A stretch of DNA of 61,329 nt from a virus: IMG/VR virus record IMGVR_UViG_3300029825_000423, positions 1-61,329 of that record, one strand, 5' to 3'. The position numbers were made by a program, and so were the translations under genes. Positions 42,238 to 51,176 of the stretch are shown in pieces; the first letter of the stretch is position 1; the number at the start of each line of letters is the position of its first letter. A model generated the notes under the pieces. That model ran no database searches, was not told where the DNA came from, and worked only from the letters and a program-made list of their open reading frames with translations.

Positions 42238-43813
42238 TGGCTTCTTTGAACCACTCTCTTAACTTATTGCTGTGTAACCTTATAAACTTTTCGAATTCTG
42301 GCTCTGTAATAATTGTGTTAGTGACCTTGTCATCGTTTCGGTTTATCCTTCCGTACTGCTGCATCAGATCGTTTCCGCATTCGGTAAACGACCAATCGCC
42401 ACCGAGATAATGCATTTTTGCCTTAACCAGTGGATCGGTTGGATTTGGTCTTTTCAGGAACGTTATGACATTATTTTTTATATTGAGTTCTGGTAAGTCA
42501 ATTCCTCGCCCCATATTTACGGCAATTAATACTTGCCAAGGTTCAGGCGAATTCTTAAATTTCTCAATTACGTCTTTTCTCAGAGTCGCGCCTTCTATAC
42601 TGTCCTCGCTACATTCTCTGGTTTGAACAATTGGCACAACAAATCCCCTGCTTTGCCTGACAATTTCCTGCCCTAACTCCGAAGCTACGGCATAGCTCGG
42701 GGCATGAACGATGGTTTTTCCAGGCATCAGCCATCTAAGATTCCCTTGCCTCAAAAACTCCGCGAGCTTTGGTATTGTCTCCGCACGGTTCTTTAAGCTC
42801 AACGACCCAACCGGAATATGCTTTATCGGTCTTATGTCTGCAGGAAACGGGCTCTTAACTTCTAGGAATTCCCATCCTTCCAATTTTTCAGGAGTCGCAG
42901 ACATGAGAATAACGGTTCTATCATCAGTTTTAAGCGCGTCTTTTATGAATCTATTTATCGAAACCGGTTCAAACGTCGTGGATTTTTCATTATTGTGTTT
43001 TACAATCCATTTTTCTTGATTAACTGTAAAATCATTCAGTAAGGCCCGGATCTTGTATATCTGACTTTCCAAGTATTTTTTCTTTTTAATGTTCTCTGGA
43101 CTTATATTTAAATGGTTCAATTCATACTCTAACTTTTCCGCTAAATCTTCAAGACATGCCAATTGCGAATCCCAATCGAAATCCCAATACTCCGGAATTG
43201 TCACTGTCCGGAACATTCTAATAAAAGGTTCTATGTAATCGGATTCGTCAACTATCAATACATCAGGATCGTTTGTGATACCCATCTGCAGGAGAGTAAA
43301 GTTTGTGTTTCCGATGTCTGACGTCTTAAATGCTCTCATAACGGCTTTGTAATTACACTCCTTACAAGGACAGTCCAGCTCGCACGCTTTACAGTTTCGT
43401 TTTTTATACATTATTTTCCGGTCCGCGTCGTAATCCATTGAACAAATTTTCCCAGCACAAAACCCATTATCACAGTTTTCCAGCACTCCCCCACGAAGCT
43501 CATAACGGGCCTTACACATGTAATTAGATTTTCCTTTCAGTGTGATCAGGGGCTTTCCGTTTTTATCATTTGAGTATTCTTCGTACTGATCTACCAACGT
43601 ATTCAACGGGGACGTGATAAGCGTTTTCTTGCCAAGTTTTGCAAAGTAATTGCCAATCATTTTCGATACTGCACTTTTGCCGGACCCGGTTGGAGCACAG
43701 ATTATAAATTTCGTTTTTCCTTCGGTTATTCCAGCTTCCAACCAGTTTGCAATTTCGAGTTGTTGTTCGCGGTACGTTTTTATTTTACCCGTTTCTGGAA
43801 AACATTCTATCAA
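42179..43813 (-). CDS. XPD/Rad3-like SF2 helicase with Fe-S cluster domain
   Basis: Motif I is CAPTGSGKS. A Cys cluster (CKARYE..CDNGFCAGKIC) lies between motifs I and II. Motif II is VDESDY, followed by LMSATP and QQYGRINR. Confidence 0.85.
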   Translation of the reverse strand: MIECFPETGKIKTYREQQLEIANWLEAGITEGKTKFIICAPTGSGKSAVSKMIGNYFAKLGKKTLITSPLNTLVDQYEEYSNDKNGKPLITLKGKSNYMCKARYELRGGVLENCDNGFCAGKICSMDYDADRKIMYKKRNCKACELDCPCKECNYKAVMRAFKTSDIGNTNFTLLQMGITNDPDVLIVDESDYIEPFIRMFRTVTIPEYWDFDWDSQLACLEDLAEKLEYELNHLNISPENIKKKKYLESQIYKIRALLNDFTVNQEKWIVKHNNEKSTTFEPVSINRFIKDALKTDDRTVILMSATPEKLEGWEFLEVKSPFPADIRPIKHIPVGSLSLKNRAETIPKLAEFLRQGNLRWLMPGKTIVHAPSYAVASELGQEIVRQSRGFVVPIVQTRECSEDSIEGATLRKDVIEKFKNSPEPWQVLIAVNMGRGIDLPELNIKNNVITFLKRPNPTDPLVKAKMHYLGGDWSFTECGNDLMQQYGRINRNDDKVTNTIITEPEFEKFIRLHSNKLREWFKEAIVDGGKKREDYWGNHTRKR

Positions 43814-43814
43814 T

Positions 43815-44111
43815 TCAATTTCCCCCGAAAAACGCAGACAGTCTACGCTCGGTTTTCGGTCTAGTGGCGTGTTTCGCCATTGGTTTTTCTGTTTTACAAG
43901 TTGCTTTTTGCACAGTTTTTAACCAATCCAGATCTTCTTCAAGTCTCCATATATCAGATTCCAGATCTTCAAGTTCGTCTCTTTTTTCAGACAACGATTG
44001 TTCTACGACATTTATCACATCAATGACGTCTTTAGTTCCATATCTCTTTTTATATCTTCTCAACAATTGTTTTTGTTCACGTTCTTTTACTGTCAATTCA
44101 ACTTCCCCCAA
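43815..44111 (-). CDS. Coiled-coil protein
   Basis: Charged 98-aa ORF. TTG start, possibly at 44096. Confidence 0.55.
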   Translation of the reverse strand: MGEVELTVKEREQKQLLRRYKKRYGTKDVIDVINVVEQSLSEKRDELEDLESDIWRLEEDLDWLKTVQKATCKTEKPMAKHATRPKTERRLSAFFGGN

Positions 44112-44120
44112 AAAATAAAT

Positions 44121-44354
44121 TTAGAAGGTTTCCAGTTCGCGATACCGGCGAACCAGAATATACAGAGATAAAACAACAAACGGCACCGCAAGCGCAGGAA
44201 GATAAACCGGAGCACCACCAACATAACACATTATTGTATAAATGACACCGGCCGATGTAATTGCCAATATCTTATTCGGAATTGACGATCTTTCTTTCTT
44301 CATACGCTCAACCATTTCGTCGTAAGTCTCGTTACATGCAACATTTTCACTCAT
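44121..44354 (-). CDS. Membrane protein (2 TM)
   Basis: ATG 44354 follows AAGAGGTAATAAC. Confidence 0.5.
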   Translation of the reverse strand: MSENVACNETYDEMVERMKKERSSIPNKILAITSAGVIYTIMCYVGGAPVYLPALAVPFVVLSLYILVRRYRELETF

Positions 44355-44358
44355 GTTA

Positions 44359-44508
44359 TTACCTCTTAGTATGTTGTCCACAACTCAAGTATAGCTTGTC
44401 TTCGAGCGTCCCGTAACCGTAATCGGAACACGTAAATGTTTCACTGTCAAATTTCTGGCAAGATGAACAACCCTTGTAGCCAGAATTAACGAACCCGTTC
44501 GCTGTCAC
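44359..44508 (-). CDS. Cys-rich mini-protein (49 aa, GTG start)
   Basis: GTGA overlap with the upstream stop. Contains ..GCSSCQKFDSETFTCSDYGYG..SCGQH. Confidence 0.4.
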   Translation of the reverse strand: MTANGFVNSGYKGCSSCQKFDSETFTCSDYGYGTLEDKLYLSCGQHTKR

Positions 44509-44693
44509 GCAACCACCCCCCTAAACGTCAAACTCGATTGTGCGGGAACACCGTGCCCACACGAAAAGTTAAACAAAGTTTCTTTCTTATTCTTGTTTCC
44601 GGTTGGTCTGCATTCCCCAGTGTATGATTTTCCACAAATCCTATACCAGTAATCACAATTCCTGCATTCTATGTTATTGTCAGTTTCGCACAT
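44505..44693 (-). CDS. Cys-rich mini-protein (62 aa)
   Basis: GGGGGTTAAC-ATG precedes MCETDNNIECRNCDYWYRICGKSYTGEC. Confidence 0.5.
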   Translation of the reverse strand: MCETDNNIECRNCDYWYRICGKSYTGECRPTGNKNKKETLFNFSCGHGVPAQSSLTFRGVVA

Positions 44694-44711
44694 GTTAACC
44701 CCCAACATTAA

Positions 44712-45035
44712 TTATTTTTTGAATGATTCACGAACCAACTTTTTAAACATTTCGTCATGCTCTTTTATCGTTTCCCGCAATTCCAAGAACGTTCCTGGCG
44801 TGTTTCCAGCGTCATTAAGCCGTTCAAAGTTATCTTTTTGCATTCGTTCATATATGCTGTTCAATGCCTGAACAAGCGAAGCGTGATACTTCGGGCTCCG
44901 AATCGTTTTATCGTTCTTTTTATCAAGGACATATTCACCGGTTTCCTTATCAGTTGCATACTTTCCAGTTGAATAACAGTACGGATCGCGAGTTACCACG
45001 TAATCCCCGATTTCTACAATTAAAACGCTTGCCAC
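44712..45035 (-). CDS. Hypothetical protein (107 aa)
   Basis: ORF in an operon. Function unknown. Confidence 0.6.
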   Translation of the reverse strand: MASVLIVEIGDYVVTRDPYCYSTGKYATDKETGEYVLDKKNDKTIRSPKYHASLVQALNSIYERMQKDNFERLNDAGNTPGTFLELRETIKEHDEMFKKLVRESFKK

Positions 45036-45039
45036 ATAA

Positions 45040-45678
45040 TCACCCCAATAATGTATTTATCGTGTCATAATCGCTTTCTCTAAGGTGCGCACAAGCGATA
45101 TAATGATAAATCCACCCGGGCATTACTCCGACTTTTTCAGCGACATATTCAAGCAGTTTGTAAGCTCCGTACATATCGCTTGGAATTGCGATACAACATT
45201 CATTTGAACGGAAGTAATCGATTGCGTCAAGTCGTCCATTTCTTATAATGAACTGCAGTGAAGCCCAGCAAGGCTTTTCGTTTTCCGTGAAATTGTCACA
45301 CGGTTGAAATATCGGCATATACGCACGCCTAGTGTTCGGGTCTGTTTTCAAGAGCTCAATTATTCTGTCAAGCTGTTTCGATCTCCTTAGTCTTTCCCCG
45401 TATGCGTAATCGAAAGCGTCCCCTTTTTTCATAGCGATATGGCAGATTAAAAGGCCCTGTGCAAAGTCGTAAGCCTGACGTTCGACGGATTTTTCGGCTT
45501 TGAGATTGCCGGACATGACAATTACCTCGAGTCCGATAATTTCCCGTGTAACTTCCCCTCGCTGATCTACGATTCTTTCCCCATTGTTCCAGATCTCTCT
45601 TACGATTTTTTCTCTTGCGTCGGTTATGTCCTTCGCAATTATTCTGTTTTGGCTTGATGAAAAAACACGATGAGACAT
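45040..45678 (-). CDS. Thymidylate-synthase-fold pyrimidine C5 (hydroxy)methylase; predicted cytosine-specific
   Basis: By-eye alignment to E. coli ThyA: YGERLR / DPNTRRAYMPIFQP (DPDSRRIIVSAWN), EKPCWASLQF (APCHAFFQF, catalytic Cys), YFRSNE (YQRSCD), IPSDMYG (LPFNIAS, Asn177 replaced by Asp), ACAHL (GDTHL). The start sits at junction GTGAGGCAATTACAATG. Confidence 0.75.
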   Translation of the reverse strand: MSHRVFSSSQNRIIAKDITDAREKIVREIWNNGERIVDQRGEVTREIIGLEVIVMSGNLKAEKSVERQAYDFAQGLLICHIAMKKGDAFDYAYGERLRRSKQLDRIIELLKTDPNTRRAYMPIFQPCDNFTENEKPCWASLQFIIRNGRLDAIDYFRSNECCIAIPSDMYGAYKLLEYVAEKVGVMPGWIYHYIACAHLRESDYDTINTLLG

Positions 45679-45688
45679 TGTAATTGCC

Positions 45689-45883
45689 TCACTCAAAATC
45701 GTCTATATTTGTTTCGGTTGCCGGTCTTTTTTGCGACCTGCTCCATACCCTAAACCATGGGTTTATAGCGTCCTCGGCTTCTCTCTTTGTTTTAGGATTG
45801 AGTCTATAAAACAATCCGGTTCTTTTTCTGCAATCAATTTCAATAACTTCCCCTTCAAATGTTCTCTGTTTCTGCATTTTCAA
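45689..45883 (-). CDS. Hypothetical small protein
   Basis: 64-aa ORF between the PCNA and ThyA-like genes. Confidence 0.5.
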   Translation of the reverse strand: MKMQKQRTFEGEVIEIDCRKRTGLFYRLNPKTKREAEDAINPWFRVWSRSQKRPATETNIDDFE

Positions 45884-45891
45884 TTTCCCCC

Positions 45892-46596
45892 TTAGTTCAT
45901 TAATTTAGGCGCCATCATATACCAGACGGCCATGTTTTCATTAATCATTTTTACAATCATAGGCAAATCAGCCCCATAAGAAATCTCAACTTCTCCTTCA
46001 AATAGTGAAAGTGTCCTGATGTAAGATTCTGCATACATCGAAGCGGTTTTATTGAAGTTTCCACCCACATTAACAGGGAACTTAAAAGAGTGCCCCAACT
46101 CAGATTTTGCCTTAAATGTCACGGTGTCATTTTCAGTTTCAATTACAACTTCCCCGCCTACGATCTTAATACCCTTCAGTGCCGACCTGACGAATTCCGT
46201 GTCAATGTCAAACGTCACAGTAAACGGAATAGTTGGAATTCTGCATGTACGAATACCGTTAACGTCGAGCAAAGGCAATTCAAACGTCATCCCATCAAAT
46301 GATATCTGAATTCTACCATCTAGTTGATCGAGCGTGACTTCCGACAATTTCCCAGCAGACCCAATGATTTCATTTAATTTGACGAGATCAACACCAAGCA
46401 ACGCACCGTCGCCGCATTCATACTCAATAAACGCAGTCTTGTTAATGGTTACATCCATCACGGCCACGCTTGCTTCGTCTATAATCCGAGAATGGATGTT
46501 TTCTTTCGTTATCTCCAAACGCGCATCGTTCCCAACTTCCATAAGCATTTTAACGAACTTCTTAAGATCGTTTGCCATTAGAGCAATTTTATACAT
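45892..46596 (-). CDS. pcn: PCNA sliding clamp homologue 1
   Basis: 234 aa, PCNA-like throughout: FVKMLMEVGNDARLEITKENIHSRIIDEASVAVMDVTI..GVDLVKLNEII, with a C-terminal MMAPKL (compare LAPRV). Confidence 0.8.
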   Translation of the reverse strand: MYKIALMANDLKKFVKMLMEVGNDARLEITKENIHSRIIDEASVAVMDVTINKTAFIEYECGDGALLGVDLVKLNEIIGSAGKLSEVTLDQLDGRIQISFDGMTFELPLLDVNGIRTCRIPTIPFTVTFDIDTEFVRSALKGIKIVGGEVVIETENDTVTFKAKSELGHSFKFPVNVGGNFNKTASMYAESYIRTLSLFEGEVEISYGADLPMIVKMINENMAVWYMMAPKLMN

Positions 46597-46659
46597 GTTA
46601 TTCCCCCATTATTCATCTAACATACTAAGCTTTTTTTCTATATAAAGTTATCTACATTC

Positions 46660-47475
46660 TTAATTTTCTATGCCGCGAACCGTATTGTAAATCTTAGTCC
46701 CTTTGTCTTTGCCAGCTAGGGTTTTCATCTCTTCTAAGTCCATGTTCACAAACTCGAACACGGTAAATTTTCTTTTGCTTAACATCTTTGAAATTGTCTT
46801 CGCTCCGAGTCCTGGCACATTACAAAGCATTTTCAACACAGTGTCTTCATTGCATGGTTTTTTAATTGAAAGTGTTGTATGACAGTATTTAGTAATATAA
46901 TTTAATAAGTCTTCCAGCACAACTGGAAACATATCTTCTCTTTCAAACTGCCTTACGTGTATCCCGAGTTGCCGCCATGTTTCAAGGTGACCTGTTAATT
47001 TGTCAAACCTCAATACGCTTGCGTCCTCATTCGCGAAGTTGCGTACATAAAAAAACTTTTCTTTCTGCATAATGGTTAGGCGACCTTCGACGAATAGTGC
47101 GACATCTTCAAAAATATTGTATGCTTCTGGCAATTTCCAAGTCAAATCATCAATTGATCCGGCGATATCGTTAAGTGTTTTGTATTCGACCCCGATGTCT
47201 ACATACTTTCCCTGGTAAACCCCTTGTATCCAGTAATCGCACCTTTCAAGATTATCAATCATGACCTCTGCCCCTCTCTGCATGAAATAATTTGCGACCT
47301 GCCAGATTCTCGGGCGCTGTTTTGTGAGCCGGATAATTTCGTCATTCGAATATTCAGAAATCAGCTTGCCTTTGATTATTGCGCTTGGAACTTTCCGATT
47401 TTGCACCAACGCAGATTGCTCCCGTGTATCGCAGGTAATCAAAAGTTCGCTGAATTTCTGTTCAAGGTCTGCCAT
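46660..47475 (-). CDS. XPF/Mus81/Hef-type ERCC4 nuclease with C-terminal HhH
   Basis: Contains CDTREQ, CDYWIQG, GVEYKTLNDIAGSIDD (ERK-type motif) and LCNVPGLGAKTISKML (helix-hairpin-helix). Confidence 0.75.
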   Translation of the reverse strand: MADLEQKFSELLITCDTREQSALVQNRKVPSAIIKGKLISEYSNDEIIRLTKQRPRIWQVANYFMQRGAEVMIDNLERCDYWIQGVYQGKYVDIGVEYKTLNDIAGSIDDLTWKLPEAYNIFEDVALFVEGRLTIMQKEKFFYVRNFANEDASVLRFDKLTGHLETWRQLGIHVRQFEREDMFPVVLEDLLNYITKYCHTTLSIKKPCNEDTVLKMLCNVPGLGAKTISKMLSKRKFTVFEFVNMDLEEMKTLAGKDKGTKIYNTVRGIEN

Positions 47476-47484
47476 GTAATTGCC

Positions 47485-47850
47485 TCACACTTTGATATTC
47501 ACCATGGATTCAAATTCTGGATGAGCTCGCATAATCGCTACAGCAAATTCGTAATTAAGTTCATCGAATTCAAGTTCTTTGAACACCTTATTTATTCCAA
47601 ACGGAAGCGGTATGGTCAAAGCCCCACGTACTTCAATTAAACCAAGCTCTTCATGAAAAGCCATCTCGTCTTCCAATTGCATTTCGCCCGGACACTGGGT
47701 TTTTGCGTAATCACCCGTCACGAGTGCAAAATAAACATGCCCCAGTGCAGTTATTCGAATACCACCGTTTTCTTTTTCTTCAAGCAAGCCATTATCTGAA
47801 AATTTAATGTCAAATGGTCCGGTTACTACTCCCCCATTAATCATAACCAA
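47485..47850 (-). CDS. Hypothetical protein (121 aa)
   Basis: ORF in an operon. Its stop lies in junction GTGAGGCAATTACATGG. Confidence 0.55.
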   Translation of the reverse strand: MVMINGGVVTGPFDIKFSDNGLLEEKENGGIRITALGHVYFALVTGDYAKTQCPGEMQLEDEMAFHEELGLIEVRGALTIPLPFGINKVFKELEFDELNYEFAVAIMRAHPEFESMVNIKV

Positions 47851-48607
47851 TCAACTCCTTTTCTACTAAAACGTCTATTATATGTCTGTCATAAGTGAGA
47901 TTTTCAACCCACTGCCCCTTTATCGAGTCAAGGCAAGTACAAACATATTCCGTTTTCAATCCAATCTTCTTTTCTACCTGCAGAGTCACGTCTATTGTAT
48001 GTTGAACTTTCATTGAAAGTGCCGGGACTTCGCCAATTACCTTATCTCCCCTGTACAGGTCTTTCATCTGGCCAGTTACAATAAAGAGACCATCGTTTTC
48101 CTCTGCCCAACCAATCCCGCCTTCGATGAAAGCCCGTTCGACGTCGTTCATTGCCCCCCATTCTTCAGGCATTGGGTTGTCTCTATCGGGGTGTAACATT
48201 CTCCAATACTCCAAACCCATGTTATTGCGAAGAATCGGAGTTGCCCCGTCATAAATCAGAACGTCGAAATCACTTCTTTCAAGAATATTATTTATAATAT
48301 TGTCCTTCAAGTTAAGGAAGCTCTTAAGATAATCAGGTCCGTTCTTAAGAACAATCTTCATGTCTCTTGACGTTATTTTACCCACTTTTGTTATGTCGGT
48401 CTTCGATTCTTCTTTCCTGAGCATCACGGGGATTATTTCGAATCTGTCCGCGACTTCGGGAAAGAGAAGTTTTACTGTTTTTTCGGTTTTGTTTTCGAAA
48501 TCAAGAACAACCGCTTTTAGCTCAAGATCGTTTACGAGTTTGCACACACCGTATGTTTTACCTGTGCCAGTTGTGCCAGATACAGAAATTGAGTTAGTTA
48601 GTTTCAT
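47837..48607 (-). CDS. AAA_24/Sak4-like RecA-core ATPase
   Basis: Walker A is VSGTTGTGKTYG and the Walker B-like segment is DVLIYDGATP. Size and layout resemble phage Sak4-type recombination ATPases. Confidence 0.7.
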   Translation of the reverse strand: MKLTNSISVSGTTGTGKTYGVCKLVNDLELKAVVLDFENKTEKTVKLLFPEVADRFEIIPVMLRKEESKTDITKVGKITSRDMKIVLKNGPDYLKSFLNLKDNIINNILERSDFDVLIYDGATPILRNNMGLEYWRMLHPDRDNPMPEEWGAMNDVERAFIEGGIGWAEENDGLFIVTGQMKDLYRGDKVIGEVPALSMKVQHTIDVTLQVEKKIGLKTEYVCTCLDSIKGQWVENLTYDRHIIDVLVEKELIGYD

Positions 48608-49377
48608 TATACCGCCCTGATAACCGAATCATCCCCAACTCTAGGAGCACATAGCATCACATAATTTTCTGACTTCTCGCCGTTCCCATCTATTCTCACA
48701 GGGTTATCGACGTTTATACTCACAGTGCACGTTTTAACGAGTTTCCCCAGTGCTTTCATGTGTTTTCCAGTGAGGATATCAATAGAAAACATAGATCTCT
48801 GTTCATATCCAGGGGAGACAAAGTTACTGATTTTATTTCTCAGTTCAACTATTACGTTATCTCCATACAACACATGATCGGCAATTACAATATTATTCCC
48901 GAATGCCCCAATTACCTCAAGATCAGATATCAATTCCTTGTAACATATTTCGAATGACGTTTTAAATTCGATTTTCGGAATTCTTGGTATTCTATCATCG
49001 GGTTCAATTGGAATCGCGAACGTTGCGTCAACACATGTAAACACCGCACGTTTTCTATCGTCCCCACCTTCAACACTTCCATACAGATTTTTCGGCTTTT
49101 CTGGATCAACTTTCTCGAGCGTTACGAAATTACCACGCAGTTTTTTAACGACACGTTCCAGTTTGCGGACATCTACCGTTATGTCCGTATCAAGCGGTAC
49201 ATTATATTCACGGAAAGCGGTCTTTGGAATTGTCGCACCAAATATAAACACGTTTGCTGGATCAACCGTAAAAATTCTCATTTCATCTGGCCGAAGACAC
49301 ATTGTAACTTCATCTCTCATGTTTGCAAGAACACCAAGCAGGTTTTTAAAATAGCTAAGATCCATTGTAAATATCAT
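48607..49377 (-). CDS. PCNA sliding clamp homologue 2 (divergent)
   Basis: ATG follows GGGGGAAAACAA. The protein reads FKNLLGVLANMRDEVTMCLRPDEMRIFTVDPANV..ITVDVRKLERVVKKL.. with a C-terminal YVMLCAPRVGDD, matching the archaeal PCNA LLAPRVEE end. Confidence 0.7.
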   Translation of the reverse strand: MIFTMDLSYFKNLLGVLANMRDEVTMCLRPDEMRIFTVDPANVFIFGATIPKTAFREYNVPLDTDITVDVRKLERVVKKLRGNFVTLEKVDPEKPKNLYGSVEGGDDRKRAVFTCVDATFAIPIEPDDRIPRIPKIEFKTSFEICYKELISDLEVIGAFGNNIVIADHVLYGDNVIVELRNKISNFVSPGYEQRSMFSIDILTGKHMKALGKLVKTCTVSINVDNPVRIDGNGEKSENYVMLCAPRVGDDSVIRAV

Positions 49378-49411
49378 TTGTTTTCCCCCTAAAAACATTT
49401 ATTTTGGGGTG

Positions 49412-50164
49412 TTACTCCCCAAGAATCCCTTCGACGAACCGATACTTTCCGTCAGGTGATTTTTCAAGAACGCCGTCCGTAACAAGGGCATTCAGGTATT
49501 TTGTCTTGTTTGGCATTGCCGTATACTGCCTCTTGACATTTTCAGGTGCTTCAAGATTTTTTGCGTAGTCATTCGTCGCTTTTATTGTGTTGGGCAGTGT
49601 GAACGGCTCACTTCCAAATTCTTTCAGGCACTCGAAATACCCTGCCTTTATCTCTTCCTCGTTAATCGGGACTTCGGGGGCAGGTGCCTTGACCTCAGTA
49701 ATTGCGGCAGAAGCACTCCCCCCGACCCCGGCAACTGTCCAGACATCGAAGCTTATTATCTTTGGCTGTTTTACAAGCTGCCCGTTCACGTTTACAAGCT
49801 CAGTATCTGTCTTGCTTGCAAAGCTCTTATGCTCAACTTCGAAACTCACTGTCTGCCCGCGTAGGTCCGGGGCAAATGCAACTTCCATTCTATCTACATC
49901 AATATCAATTGACACACCGACATTGACAAGTGACTCGAAGAACCTGTAAGCGTTGCTCCCATACTTCGGTGACGGACTTCCTTCATAATCTACCCAGTCC
50001 TTGTACTTAAGAGCGATCTTAAGGGCTGGATCCTCGGTTGTTGCAATTACAAGGCTTACGTCCTCCGTGAAATCGTTTTCCTCTAAAAAGTAGTCCGTTA
50101 CCCGATCTGTAAACGATTCGTCTCTTCTGAATTTTTTTCCTGGTTCGAGCTTAAGCTTTGCCAT
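49412..50164 (-). CDS. Hypothetical protein (250 aa; possible ssDNA-binding/recombination partner by position)
   Basis: Long ORF with RBS and no recognisable motif. The role is a guess from context only. Confidence 0.6.
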   Translation of the reverse strand: MAKLKLEPGKKFRRDESFTDRVTDYFLEENDFTEDVSLVIATTEDPALKIALKYKDWVDYEGSPSPKYGSNAYRFFESLVNVGVSIDIDVDRMEVAFAPDLRGQTVSFEVEHKSFASKTDTELVNVNGQLVKQPKIISFDVWTVAGVGGSASAAITEVKAPAPEVPINEEEIKAGYFECLKEFGSEPFTLPNTIKATNDYAKNLEAPENVKRQYTAMPNKTKYLNALVTDGVLEKSPDGKYRFVEGILGE

Positions 50165-50539
50165 TTAGTTTCCCCCCCTGAGTGCTTCAATTGTCATCTT
50201 CACCCTTTCAATCAGTGACTCGAAATCATTTTCCATAATTTCAAATTCGTCGTCGTCGGTTGTTATGCTTCTCTCTATAGTGAACTTGCAGTTTGGCTTT
50301 AACTGACCCTTCGAGTCTACCTCTGCCCCAACTGCAGTTGTGATCTTAACAGGTTGGGCAATTTCAGTGACCACCTTTGAAACTGGCACTTCATCGCCAT
50401 CTTCTTCATAACCTTCTTCATCATCACCGAATAACTCCGAAAGCGGCGACATTCCATCATCTTCGTCGTCAATCTGTTCTTCTTCTTCGACTAATTCTTC
50501 ATTTGTCATTTCTTCGTTTGTCATGTCTTCTGCACTCAT
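50165..50539 (-). CDS. Highly acidic protein
   Basis: ATG 50539 follows GGAGAAGATAAA. Translation begins MSAEDMTNEEMTNEELVEEEEQIDDEDDG. Confidence 0.55.
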   Translation of the reverse strand: MSAEDMTNEEMTNEELVEEEEQIDDEDDGMSPLSELFGDDEEGYEEDGDEVPVSKVVTEIAQPVKITTAVGAEVDSKGQLKPNCKFTIERSITTDDDEFEIMENDFESLIERVKMTIEALRGGN

Positions 50540-50769
50540 TTTATCTTCTCCATTATAATTTCTATAAAATTCAAGTGACTTTCGCAATCATCATATATTC
50601 GTCTGAATGTGTTCGCTTCATCCATTTTTTGCTGAACACATGCGTTCGTAAAGTTAATCAAAGCATTTTTGCCTTTTTTAATAAGTGATTCCCTCGCTTC
50701 TTCCAGTGATTCGCGTGAAATCTCGTAAAACACCGGAAATCGCCCGTTTATTTCTTTTGGATGTTCCAT
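50536..50769 (-). CDS. Hypothetical protein, first gene of the leftward replication operon
   Basis: 77-aa ORF. ATGA overlap with the next gene. Confidence 0.5.
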   Translation of the reverse strand: MEHPKEINGRFPVFYEISRESLEEARESLIKKGKNALINFTNACVQQKMDEANTFRRIYDDCESHLNFIEIIMEKIK

Positions 50770-51176
50770 AGCTGACCTCCAAAATTTTAATTGTGCTTAG
50801 TCGGACCAACGTCCTAAACCTCGCAACCATGTATATGCACAGGCCGGTATAAATAGCTTTCGTACATTCTAAAATTATATATTCAATTTCTATTTTAATA
50901 AGTTTTACCGATTGCCTTTTTCGTCTGAATCCCGGCTTAACTGACAAAATTTATATACCACAACTACAAATGTTGTATTAGTCATTGCAAAAGAAAATTC
51001 AAACGGTTAATCTTGACACTGTATAAAAAACAAATTTTAGAGTACCGACTAACGCTTTGAATTTTTGAAAATTCAGTACAATTGTTCAGTGATCGACAAG
51101 AACAGTAACAACACACAGTGACAGACTAAAAAACAAAATAATCATGAAGAATAAACTATCGTGAAGGACTGAAAAT
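50770..51176. promoter_or_regulatory. Divergent AT-rich control region
   Basis: 407-bp non-coding gap between divergent operons. It has TATA-like boxes (ggtataaatag, tttatatacc) and an 18-bp palindrome TGAATTTT-tg-AAAATTCA at 51058..51075. Confidence 0.4.
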
